Positions 48,719-56,999 of a stretch of 64,000 bases of DNA are shown here, piece after piece. Source of the DNA: Streptosporangiaceae bacterium (lineage in GTDB: Bacteria > Actinomycetota > Actinomycetes > Streptosporangiales > Streptosporangiaceae); NCBI GenBank assembly GCA_035642125.1, contig DASQSZ010000034.1, forward strand, positions 2,977 to 66,976, given 5' to 3'. Below the pieces are notes generated by a model. It was given only the letters and a program-made list of their open reading frames with translations, had not been told where the DNA came from and searched no databases. The stretch's first letter is position 1; every line of letters begins with the position of its first letter. A program made the translations under genes and the position numbers.

Positions 48719-51399
48719 GGGGTTTCTCCTGGCATCGGCACGTGCTCCTTCTCCTGCCACTGCGACTTGTCGGAGCCGGGCCGCCACACGACCACGACGT
48801 GTCCGCGGCAGCGGTCCCGGCCTTCGCAGCGGATGTAGCCGCCAGTCGGGTACTCCTCGACGGCCTGAGCGATGTCGAGGCCGAGGAACCGGCCGTCGAC
48901 CTCGCGGCAGTACCGACAGGTGTTGGTGTCGAGGACTTCGGACCCGTAGTACGCCGGCACCGGGCCACCACCGTCAGTGGGGATCGCCGAGTAGGTAGAC
49001 ATGCGGCCGGCGTGCTGGGCCTTGTGCAGGGCGCCGCCGAGCCGGTCCCGAGTCCCCGCCTCCGACAGGCCATTCAGGTGCGTTCGTACGGAGTCGGCCA
49101 CGTCTCGGCCGGAACGACCTGGCCCGGCCTGACGCAAGGCCTCGCCCGCCGCGGCGGCGACCAGCCCCGCCGCGAGCAACGCGACCACCACAGCGGCCAC
49201 CGCGACCATGTCACCCTCAGCCGGCGGCACCGGCTCTACCGTCACGTCCTGCGCCGCGGCCTCGGCCGTCACTTGCCCGGCGGCGTCGGCCCCCAGCGTG
49301 GCCATCGCCTCGACGAGCGCGCGCTGCGCCTCCTCGGTAGGGGCGGTCATGGCCGGCAGGGCGGCGAGGTCGCCATCGTCGACGATCTGCTGTACCTGCC
49401 CGGCCAGATTGTTGACCTGATTGCTCTGGATGCGCTGCCAGTCGTCGGCGATCTGCTCGAGCGCCTGATCGTAGGACTGCTGGACGGGGGCGAGGTCGGG
49501 CAGCTCCGGCGTGTCGGCCTCCTCCGCGCGGGGCCGGCGGTCGGCGGTCGACCGGGCCGGCGGACCAGCCTGGAAGTGCACGTCCGTACGGTCGTCGCCG
49601 TGCACCACCGACAACGCATCGAAGGTCACGTCGGCCGGCTCGATCTCCTCCACCGGCGAGTCGGAGCCCGGCTTGAGGTATGTCAGCGTGATGTGCGCCA
49701 TGAACCCGTGGTCGCGCGGTACCTCGATCCCGGCCTCGGCCAGCCTGGCGAGCACGTCGCGGCGGAGGTCTTCGAGGTCGGCCGAGTCGATGAGGGCGAC
49801 GATGACGTCGCCGTCTTCGCCGCCGACGAAGCGGGCCAGCCCCGAGATTTGGGCGGTGATGGGGGCGCGGCGGGCGAGAACCTCGCCGGCCGCACGCAAC
49901 GCCGTGGGGTCGACAGTGTCGGCTTTGCCGCAGTAGGCGACCGTGAGGTGGAGCTCGTCGGCGGGCAGGCCGCCGTCGACGGTGAGCTGAGCTGCGAGGT
50001 CGGCTGGGGGGTAGAGGGCGAGCATGCAGCCGGTGGAGTAGTCGGGGGCTTCGGCGGCGGGAAGCGCGCGGCGCGCGCTGTCACCGATCTGATCACGGAG
50101 CCAGTCGATGACGAGGTCGGCCAGCGCTGGCCCCTCCTCCACCGGAACAGCATCTGGCTCAGCCAGCGGAGCCGGGGCGATGGTGACGCGCATCTTCGGC
50201 AGCCCGCACACCTCAGCCGCGTCATCCGGGTGCACACCGGCGTCACGGAGGATCTTGTACGCCTCGGCCTTGGAGGTGAGTTCCCGGTCGTCGGCCTCCC
50301 GATCCGCCGGCACCGGCGAGTCGTAATCCCACTCCAGATCCTCGGCGGTAGAGCCGAACATCGGCAGCAACCGGAAGTTGAGCACGTCCCGCGTCGCGTC
50401 CAACCTGGGCACAGACTTCCAGCGGGCGAAGATGTACTCGGCGGCCTCCATGTTCGCCCTGTTCGTGTCGTCAACCGTGCCCAACATCGGCCTTGGGAAG
50501 GCGAACGCTTCGCGGACGATCTCCCGGGGGACGTCGCGGAGCTCACGGAACTGCATGTCCCGGTTGGTGAACGCCCTCGGCACCCATTTGCCGCCCTGCT
50601 CGATCAGCGCGACCCGGTGAGCGTTCGCGACTCCTTTGTGCTGCTCGTTCCACCGGGTGCGGAGCCGGTTGTAATCGATGTCGGACAGTTCCTCTTCGAA
50701 CTCGATGATTCCGCCCGGCTCAGAGCTATTTTCAAAAAACCGCCGGTTCCATTCCGCCGCATACCGTGAGGATTCGACGTCGGTGAGGATCGTTTGGACC
50801 GCGCCCATCCCCCGGTACGGATCGAGTGGGTTCGGGTCCCGCATGAAGATGACCTGGTCCAACGTGAGCGCGACCTGCTCGCCGTCGGGGCCGGTGTACA
50901 TGTAGCCGAGCAAGTAGCGCTCGGGGTGCGGGACGGGGGTCATGCGGTCCGGGCGGACCGGCCACAACTCCAACGGCAGCTTGAAACGCTCATTGGAGAC
51001 GACCACCCACCAGCCCTCACCAACGAGGTCGCGGTGCTGCTGGTAGGTCTTGATGAACTCCGCCCGGTGCATGAACGGGTTGGGCTTGTTCCACAGGTCG
51101 ATCGCGGCGTGACTGGTGACCTCTTGGCGTTCGTCGGGGTCGCCGCTCTTGGCTTTTCGGTAGAGGTGCCATTCGGGGCCGGCGGTGGCGTCGCCGAGCA
51201 GGGAGACGATCGCGAAGAGGGTGCCCATGCCGCCCATGGCGCGCATTTGGGCTTCTTGTCCGCGGGGGTTGAGGCCGAAGATGCCGGGGAGTTGCAGGGC
51301 GGCGGTGTGGCGGCCGACGTAGGGGACCGGGGACTCGCCCGGCGTGGCGGTGCGGGCGGTGGCCTTGTCGACGATCTTTCCGACGAGAGTCTTCGTCAT
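48715..51399 (-). CDS. portal protein fused to a 2H (LigT-like) phosphoesterase domain and a MuF/SPP1-gp7-like head-morphogenesis domain
   Basis: Portal N-terminal half; HLTV and HITL motifs 85 aa apart (nt ~49573-50040); C-terminus DTNTCRYCREVDGRF...CRG is typical of Phage_Mu_F; ATG 51399 (ATGA coupling) preferred to GTG 51411. Confidence 0.85.
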   Translation of the reverse strand: MTKTLVGKIVDKATARTATPGESPVPYVGRHTAALQLPGIFGLNPRGQEAQMRAMGGMGTLFAIVSLLGDATAGPEWHLYRKAKSGDPDERQEVTSHAAIDLWNKPNPFMHRAEFIKTYQQHRDLVGEGWWVVVSNERFKLPLELWPVRPDRMTPVPHPERYLLGYMYTGPDGEQVALTLDQVIFMRDPNPLDPYRGMGAVQTILTDVESSRYAAEWNRRFFENSSEPGGIIEFEEELSDIDYNRLRTRWNEQHKGVANAHRVALIEQGGKWVPRAFTNRDMQFRELRDVPREIVREAFAFPRPMLGTVDDTNRANMEAAEYIFARWKSVPRLDATRDVLNFRLLPMFGSTAEDLEWDYDSPVPADREADDRELTSKAEAYKILRDAGVHPDDAAEVCGLPKMRVTIAPAPLAEPDAVPVEEGPALADLVIDWLRDQIGDSARRALPAAEAPDYSTGCMLALYPPADLAAQLTVDGGLPADELHLTVAYCGKADTVDPTALRAAGEVLARRAPITAQISGLARFVGGEDGDVIVALIDSADLEDLRRDVLARLAEAGIEVPRDHGFMAHITLTYLKPGSDSPVEEIEPADVTFDALSVVHGDDRTDVHFQAGPPARSTADRRPRAEEADTPELPDLAPVQQSYDQALEQIADDWQRIQSNQVNNLAGQVQQIVDDGDLAALPAMTAPTEEAQRALVEAMATLGADAAGQVTAEAAAQDVTVEPVPPAEGDMVAVAAVVVALLAAGLVAAAAGEALRQAGPGRSGRDVADSVRTHLNGLSEAGTRDRLGGALHKAQHAGRMSTYSAIPTDGGGPVPAYYGSEVLDTNTCRYCREVDGRFLGLDIAQAVEEYPTGGYIRCEGRDRCRGHVVVVWRPGSDKSQWQEKEHVPMPGETP

Positions 51400-51665
51400 C
51401 CGCTGCGCCACGACAAAAGCAGGCAGCTGACGCCCGCGGCGGCGATGCCGGCCGGGTGCGCGATTTCCCAGGCGGCGTAGGACAGGAGGCCGAGGCCTCC
51501 GGTGTCGAGGGCGAGGGCGCGGATGGTGGCCCAGCGGGGGGTGAGTTTCGCGGCGGCCCGGCCGAGCCGGATGGCGAGGGGGACGCGTGGCGGGCGGGGC
51601 TTCCGGGTGGCGCGCTCGTTGGAGTAGGCGGCGCGCGCGGTGCCGAGACTGCCGACCATCGTCAT
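51396..51665 (-). CDS. small membrane protein (89 aa)
   Basis: ORF-track entry with C-terminal TM helices; lies upstream of the portal gene. Confidence 0.4.
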   Translation of the reverse strand: MTMVGSLGTARAAYSNERATRKPRPPRVPLAIRLGRAAAKLTPRWATIRALALDTGGLGLLSYAAWEIAHPAGIAAAGVSCLLLSWRSG

Positions 51666-51684
51666 GGTGCGGATGGTACGCCGT

Positions 51685-51702
51685 TTTTGAACACGTTCAA
51701 AA
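51685..51702. promoter_or_regulatory. palindrome TTTTGAAC-AC-GTTCAAAA in an AT-richer 85-bp gap
   Basis: 8-bp arms with 2-bp spacer, just upstream (minus sense) of the 89-aa/portal genes. Confidence 0.4.
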
Positions 51703-51751
51703 GAGGACGATCAAAACCCGTTCATCCAGGTCGCGAAAGTTCTACGGCGCG

Positions 51752-51815
51752 CTACATCCAGCGAATGTTCGGCCGGCCGCCGAGATCCTTCTTCGCCACG
51801 AGGTACCGCAGCCGC
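51752..51815 (-). pseudogene. vestigial 3' end of a second terminase large-subunit allele
   Basis: Encodes ...RLRYLVAKKDLGGRPNIRWM*, compared with the true TerL C-terminus ALRYVVAHRDLRGRPNIRWM* at 52511-52573; ~70% nt identity over ~66 nt. Confidence 0.55.
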
Positions 51816-52115
51816 TCACGGCTTCGGCTCCGCGTGCTCGGCGCGTCGTCTGCCGCACCAGCACACTTCGAACTTGGCCATCGGCGGCCGTTCGAACGGA
51901 TGTCGGGGGAACAGCGCGTCGCACGACGAATAGTGCATGACGTCGCCCGTATATAGCTCCCAGTCACCGGTCTTCTTGTCCCACCAGCCATGCCGATGAT
52001 CGGCGGTCACGAAGGCCATGGTGTAGCCCCCGTTCGACCAGGCGCGAAGGATGTCGAGCCCGGTGGACCGGGCGATACGCCGCGTCGACCGGGCGCTCAG
52101 GACCGACGCGCTCAT
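51816..52115 (-). CDS. hypothetical protein (start uncertain)
   Basis: ORF 51816..52220; ATG 52115 (MSASVLS...) or TTG 52220; contains HRHGWWDKKTGDWELY and CWCG. Confidence 0.35.
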   Translation of the reverse strand: MSASVLSARSTRRIARSTGLDILRAWSNGGYTMAFVTADHRHGWWDKKTGDWELYTGDVMHYSSCDALFPRHPFERPPMAKFEVCWCGRRRAEHAEPKP

Positions 52116-52220
52116 GCGCGGCTCTCGCTCGTGCGACGACACTGCCGCACGCGCCGTCTGCTCGCGCGCTCGTCGAGCCGGGCGTTCAGGAACTCCACAA
52201 GCTCCACCGTCAGCCCCCAA

Positions 52221-52520
52221 TCACGTCACATCTCGTGGCGTTCGAAACTGGTAGATCCGGTATCCGTCGTCGGTGACATGGTCGGTCCAGCGGTAGTCGG
52301 CGGTCGGCGGCAACAGCCGGAAGGACGGGCCCTCTATGTCGGCCATCAGCCACGAGATCGGGGCCGGTTCGGGCTGCCGCCAGACGTACGGGAGTTGGGG
52401 CCAGCGGAACCGCTTCCCGTCGTTGAGGCCGCCGCGCAACTCAATCAGGTACGGCTTGTCGGCCCACTCGTCGCGGTTGAGGTCGCGTAGATCGGTCACC
52501 CACAACCCTCCTACATCCAC
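52221..52520 (-). CDS. hypothetical protein (99 aa)
   Basis: ORF-track entry; overlaps the TerL stop by 10 nt. Confidence 0.5.
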   Translation of the reverse strand: MDVGGLWVTDLRDLNRDEWADKPYLIELRGGLNDGKRFRWPQLPYVWRQPEPAPISWLMADIEGPSFRLLPPTADYRWTDHVTDDGYRIYQFRTPRDVT

Positions 52521-53899
52521 CGAATATTCGGCCGACCCCGCAAATCCCGATGCGCCACCACATACCGCAACGCATCACACCCGTCGTCCTGGTCCTTAAC
52601 AGGCTCCTCCTTCAGCTGACCGCCCGGCTTCACCGCCCACACATAGCCCGGAATCTCCTCCGCCGTACACGCCGGCCGCTTATCGTCCACCAGCTGCTGA
52701 TCCCGCTCCACCACACTGTCCCGAAGAATGGCCAGCCGCGGCCGACCGTCACCCGCGACCTTCAGCCGGGACTGTCCGGCCTGCAGCCCGGCCAGAACCT
52801 TCTTGTTCGCCGGCACGGTGGACATCCCCAGGTGCTTTTGCAGGGTGGCCCGCCCTTCGGCGTCGTGGTCGCAGATCACCGCGCGCGGCGGCGGCTCGAT
52901 CCAGCGGCGCCGGCCGTGCGCGATGGCGGTGGCGAGCGGTTCGTCCTCGAGCTGGGCGACGCCGGGCACCGGCTCGGTGACGATCGAGAGGATTTGTTTC
53001 GCGTGGTCCTCGACGAGGCGCCGGGTGTGGAAGATCTCCCGGTAAAGGAACAGGCGGCCGTCGGGATCTTCAGCCCAATTCTGCAAGACGAACGGGTGGG
53101 TGTAGCCGAAGTCCACTGACCACCAGCGGGGCCAGGCGTCGGGGATGGGGAACCGGTCGACCAGGTGCAGTGCGGGGTCCCAGCCCTCATAGATGAGGCC
53201 TTCGGCGGCGACCCAGAGGCCTTTGCGGAGGCGGAGGTAGCGGACGCCGGTGAGCTTGTCCAGCTTGCCTTCGATGTAGGCCCGGCCGGCCTCGGTCATG
53301 GTGCCGGCGTCGGTGAAGTAGATCGGGTTGTCCTCGTGCCGGGATTCGAGGAAACGCGTGGCGCCGCGGTCGCAACGCTGCTTCAGCCAATGCGTTGGCT
53401 GGGCCGGGTTGGTGTCGGCCATCAGCTGCTGGTAGGGCAGTCGGCCGTTGCGGAGCCGGGTGGTGATGGCCTCCCAGTCGTCCTCGATCAGCTCGATGGC
53501 CTCTTGGACGAAGCAGACGTCGTACTCCGACGACATGATCTTCGTTGCTTTGTCCATGCCGCCGACGGTGATGGTGGAGCCGTTGCGGTAGCGGTATTGG
53601 GCGGCTTCTTGCTGGCTGCCGCCGTACCAGCGGACCTCGCCGTGTGCGAGGGCTTCCTTGGCGACGTGTTCGCGCCAGGTGACGAGGGCGGTGGAGCCGA
53701 GCGACACCTGGGTTTTCCGGACGATCAAGGCCCGCATGCCCGGGTATTTGAGGGCTTGGAGGTGGAGTTTTTCTAGGCAGGCGCGTGATTTTCCGGTGCC
53801 GGCGGGGCCGGATAGGAGAATTTCGGGGGCGCGGTTTTCGAGCAGCTGCTTGGCGGCGCCGCGGGGTTGGTAGGTGTGGGTGACCGTCGCGATGGTCAT
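52511..53899 (-). CDS. terminase large subunit
   Basis: Walker A LLSGPAGTGKS; ATPase and nuclease halves; FVQEAIEL Walker B-like; 462 aa. Confidence 0.95.
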   Translation of the reverse strand: MTIATVTHTYQPRGAAKQLLENRAPEILLSGPAGTGKSRACLEKLHLQALKYPGMRALIVRKTQVSLGSTALVTWREHVAKEALAHGEVRWYGGSQQEAAQYRYRNGSTITVGGMDKATKIMSSEYDVCFVQEAIELIEDDWEAITTRLRNGRLPYQQLMADTNPAQPTHWLKQRCDRGATRFLESRHEDNPIYFTDAGTMTEAGRAYIEGKLDKLTGVRYLRLRKGLWVAAEGLIYEGWDPALHLVDRFPIPDAWPRWWSVDFGYTHPFVLQNWAEDPDGRLFLYREIFHTRRLVEDHAKQILSIVTEPVPGVAQLEDEPLATAIAHGRRRWIEPPPRAVICDHDAEGRATLQKHLGMSTVPANKKVLAGLQAGQSRLKVAGDGRPRLAILRDSVVERDQQLVDDKRPACTAEEIPGYVWAVKPGGQLKEEPVKDQDDGCDALRYVVAHRDLRGRPNIRWM

Positions 53900-54111
53900 A
53901 CCAGCACGCTGGGCTCATCGACGTCGGCGCGCACCACAGGGCGGCCGTACACCGTGCCGGGACCCTTGAGCAGATCGTGCGGCAGGATGATCGCGCGGAT
54001 CTGAATGCCCGCGGCCTCGAGACGCCCGATCATGATGAGCACGGGGGCCATCTCGGCGAACTCGCCGAATTCCTTGCGGAAGGCGTCGTGGTAGGGGTCT
54101 GGCGTGGTCAT
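53896..54111 (-). CDS. small hypothetical protein (71 aa)
   Basis: MTTPDPYHDAFRKEFGEFAEM...; ATGA overlap with TerL. Confidence 0.4.
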   Translation of the reverse strand: MTTPDPYHDAFRKEFGEFAEMAPVLIMIGRLEAAGIQIRAIILPHDLLKGPGTVYGRPVVRADVDEPSVLV

Positions 54112-54133
54112 ACCCGGATGGTACGGCGGGGGG

Positions 54134-54580
54134 CTATTCGCAGGTGTTGTCGTGCATCGGGCCGCACGTGCGCGCCGGGATCGTCGCCACATGTGTCGAG
54201 GTGGCGGGCGCCGGCTCCGGCTCGTCTGGTTCGTCGGTCGGTGCGGGCTCGCCACCGCTGTGCCCACCGGTCTCGTTCTCCTTGGGCTGCTCGGCGGGGC
54301 GCGGGCGCGGCCTTGTGGGGTGGTCGCCGATGTCGGTGGTGGACACGGGTTGCACCGCCGGGCCGGTGGTGGTCGGTGTCCCGGTAGGCGAGGCGGTCGA
54401 GGTCGACACGCCGGGGTCGGCTGAGCTCGAGGCGTCGGTGATCACCGAGGTTGAACTGGCCGGCGCGTCGCCGACGTAGGAGCCGACCGTGAACGTGGTG
54501 GTGAAGGCGATTAACCCGGCCGCCGCGATGGTGGCGAGGCGGAGTGGGTGGGCGCGGAGTTCGCCGGGAAGGCTGCGCAT
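54134..54580 (-). CDS. secreted/membrane-anchored Ser/Thr/Pro-rich protein
   Basis: Signal-anchor LRLATIAAAGLIAFTTTF, low-complexity STP region and C-terminal CGPMHDNTCE; ATG 54580 after GGGGGAAA. Confidence 0.5.
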   Translation of the reverse strand: MRSLPGELRAHPLRLATIAAAGLIAFTTTFTVGSYVGDAPASSTSVITDASSSADPGVSTSTASPTGTPTTTGPAVQPVSTTDIGDHPTRPRPRPAEQPKENETGGHSGGEPAPTDEPDEPEPAPATSTHVATIPARTCGPMHDNTCE

Positions 54581-54663
54581 TCTGGTGTTTCCCCCCATCT
54601 GTGTCGTGGTGTTGGACGCGGCCGGCCGGCGCCAGGTTCATCCTCACCCCGGGTGCCGGTGTG

Positions 54664-55188
54664 CTATTTCGGGACGGCTGGCAGGCCGAGGTGTGCTCGG
54701 ACGATGTCGGCGCTGCGATCACCGCTCTGGTTTGGGCACGACTGGCTCGCCTGGAAGTAGCCGCCGACAGTCGTGACGTCGCGGAGCTGCTTGATGCAGT
54801 AGTTCAGGGCCCGGTCGGAGTCAATCAGGTCCTGCATCGCTGCGCGCGCCTCGGCAGGCCATGGGGCGGGCGGGTGCTCCAGCTCGTGGATCATCTTGGT
54901 CAGCACACCAGGCAGTTTCCGGCACGCGGCCAGTGCGCGACGTTCCATGGCCGGGGTGTACTCGCCCCACCTCTCGACCACGATGCAGTCGTCCCAGAGG
55001 CTGTTCCACGGCTTGACGACGGCGAGGTAGTACTTGGCGGCGGCCTGCCTGCTCATCGGCGCCGCCGTGGAGGCGCTCGGGGCGGCGGCGGCCGGGCGCG
55101 CCGTGTCGGCCGGCGCAGTAGATGTGGCTGCGCCGCACCCGGCGGTGAGCGTGACGGCCAGGACGGTGGTGATTAACGCGGGTCGCAT
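54664..55188 (-). CDS. prophage-encoded lipoprotein
   Basis: MRPALITTVLAVTLTAGC lipobox signal peptide; helical Cys-containing mature domain. Confidence 0.7.
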   Translation of the reverse strand: MRPALITTVLAVTLTAGCGAATSTAPADTARPAAAAPSASTAAPMSRQAAAKYYLAVVKPWNSLWDDCIVVERWGEYTPAMERRALAACRKLPGVLTKMIHELEHPPAPWPAEARAAMQDLIDSDRALNYCIKQLRDVTTVGGYFQASQSCPNQSGDRSADIVRAHLGLPAVPK

Positions 55189-55263
55189 GGTTCCCCCGGG
55201 GGTTTGTGGATGCGGTCGGCTATGTGACGTGTGATCTACGTAACCGGTTGGCAGGCTCGTCTC

Positions 55264-55836
55264 TCACAACTGCTCCAGATCCACACCCACAATGTTGTAG
55301 TTCAACGTCACACCCGTCTCCGCCTTCACCGGCGCATCCAAACCCAACAGGGCCGCCCGCCGCGCCTGGATCTTCAACAACGTCTCCACCGCGCGCAGCA
55401 CCGGCGCGTCATCCTTCAACGGCTCGATCCGCGCGGCCTTCGGATGCCCGTCCTCATCGAGCAGGATGTTGCCGGCCCCGTCGGTGGCGTACTCCACCAC
55501 CCGGTACACGATCTTGCTGCCGGACACGACGACGTGTTCACGTTCGAGCACGGCCAGGGCGGCGTTGTGCATCGTGTCGAGGCGTTCTAGCTCGAGCTGG
55601 CGGACATCCGCGGCCGGCTCGGCCACTGTCGCCTTCAGCGCCCGCTGCACTGCCTCGTGCGCTGAGGCGGCCTCCATGCCCAGCTCGGCGGCGATAGCCC
55701 GGTAGGACAGGCCGCGGGAGCGGAGACGGGCTGCTTCGGCGTCGCGTTTGGCGGTGGCGAGGCTGCGGGTGAAGCGGCCGCGTCCGTCGCGTGTCAGGGC
55801 GGTCTGGTGTTCGGCTGGTGACTGCTCGCCGGTCAT
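55264..55836 (-). CDS. terminase small subunit
   Basis: HTH RSRGLSYRAIAAELGM plus ELERLD...ARRAALLGLDAP, a pattern typical of actinophage TerS; ATG 55836 (ATGA coupling). Confidence 0.7.
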   Translation of the reverse strand: MTGEQSPAEHQTALTRDGRGRFTRSLATAKRDAEAARLRSRGLSYRAIAAELGMEAASAHEAVQRALKATVAEPAADVRQLELERLDTMHNAALAVLEREHVVVSGSKIVYRVVEYATDGAGNILLDEDGHPKAARIEPLKDDAPVLRAVETLLKIQARRAALLGLDAPVKAETGVTLNYNIVGVDLEQL

Positions 55837-56105
55837 CGGGTGGCCGCCGGGTCGAGCGCGCCGCACGCGTTGTCCGGCAGCGGATCACCGTCGACGTGCT
55901 CGACGACCCACGAGGCGCGCGGGTTGTCGCCATCGACCTCGACGAGCGCGCCCACGGTCCACGTGGCGGGCCGCGGGTCCTGGCCGGCCGGGACGGCGAG
56001 TCTGGTGAGGTCGTCGTCGATGAGGGTGGCGCCGCACCAGGCGCAGCGTTGGCGGAGGTGGTGGCCGACGGTGATGTCGGGGCCGGCGATGTGGATGACG
56101 CTCAT
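55833..56105 (-). CDS. hypothetical protein (90 aa)
   Basis: ORF-track entry; CAWCG motif. Confidence 0.45.
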   Translation of the reverse strand: MSVIHIAGPDITVGHHLRQRCAWCGATLIDDDLTRLAVPAGQDPRPATWTVGALVEVDGDNPRASWVVEHVDGDPLPDNACGALDPAATR

Positions 56106-56305
56106 CGTTCGGCGTCCTGACGGAAGGCATCGGCGGCCGCCGAAACGACCTGCTCGACGGTGAGCGCCGAACCCTCAACGGTGACCTTCAGGTGAACGCC
56201 GGCGCCCTGCATGGTCGTGAACTCGACGTTGGCGTAATAGACGCCGAGGAGCTTGGCAGAGATCTCGTCGAGGAGGGCGCTGTCGTTGTGGGATTGGTCG
56301 CTCAT
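56102..56305 (-). CDS. hypothetical protein (67 aa)
   Basis: MSDQSHNDSALLDEISAKLLGVYYANVEF...; ATGA overlaps on both sides. Confidence 0.45.
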   Translation of the reverse strand: MSDQSHNDSALLDEISAKLLGVYYANVEFTTMQGAGVHLKVTVEGSALTVEQVVSAAADAFRQDAER

Positions 56306-56727
56306 GGGGTGTCCAGGAGGTAGGGCTGGCGGCAGGGGGCGAGCCGGTAGGGGCCGAGGGTGGGTTCGTTGGCGTGGATGTGGGGCGCGGTGCAGTGGGG
56401 GCAGTGGTCGATGACGAGCAGCGCGCGGCCGGTGGACTTCGAGACCACAAGGCGGGCGGGGACGCGCTGTCGGATGAGGCAGATGTTGACGAGTTTGCGT
56501 CGTTTGGGTTGGACGGTGTGGTCGCAGATGATGGCGCAGCGGCGGCAGGTGCCGCGGTCTTCGGGGTGGTGGCAGCGGGCGCATCGGGGGTGGCAGGTGA
56601 CCTGGGGGAGTTTGTCGGGGTTGACGGGCCAGCGTGGGGCGTAGGTGGGTGGCTTTGGGGGTTGTTTGGGTGGGGTGTTCCAGTTGGTGGGGAGGGTGGC
56701 CCAGGGGTCTCGGGTGAGGGTGGTCAT
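56302..56727 (-). CDS. Cys/His-rich hypothetical protein (141 aa)
   Basis: MTTLTRDPWATLP...CHPRCARCHH...CRRCAIICDH...CPHC; ATG 56727. Confidence 0.5.
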   Translation of the reverse strand: MTTLTRDPWATLPTNWNTPPKQPPKPPTYAPRWPVNPDKLPQVTCHPRCARCHHPEDRGTCRRCAIICDHTVQPKRRKLVNICLIRQRVPARLVVSKSTGRALLVIDHCPHCTAPHIHANEPTLGPYRLAPCRQPYLLDTP

Positions 56728-56996
56728 GTCCGGGCTCCGCATCGGGCGAGGGCTTCCCAGGAGTCGACCGTGGGTCGTCGCCTGATCCATGTGCGAGGGC
56801 GGCCGCGGGTGCGTTCTTGCCATGCCTCGTAGGGGCCGCGGGTGGCGAGTTTGTTGAGGAGCTGGTCGAGGTCGGCACGGCCGATGCGGTTTCGGAACAG
56901 GTCTTTGGCGATGTGGGTTCGGGTGACGCCTCGGGGGTCTTCGGTGTTGTCGATGTAGTCGCTGAGGCGATCGAGGTCGGTGGGTATGAGCTTCAC
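56724..56996 (-). CDS. small wHTH-like protein, paralogue of the DUF3987 protein C-terminus
   Basis: RTHIAKDLFRNRIGRADLDQLLNKL compared with RNRIAKDLFRNHKSRTDLDRLLDLL; GTG start. Confidence 0.5.
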   Translation of the reverse strand: MKLIPTDLDRLSDYIDNTEDPRGVTRTHIAKDLFRNRIGRADLDQLLNKLATRGPYEAWQERTRGRPRTWIRRRPTVDSWEALARCGART

Positions 56997-56999
56997 GAG

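Noticed and set aside
51685-51702. Functional link between the phage palindrome TTTTGAAC-AC-GTTCAAAA and the chromosomal MarR operator AGTTGAACGTTCAACT (16070-16085)
   Set aside because: They share a TTGAAC/GTTCAA half-site but differ in spacing (2 bp against 0 bp). With only two occurrences this is most likely coincidental.
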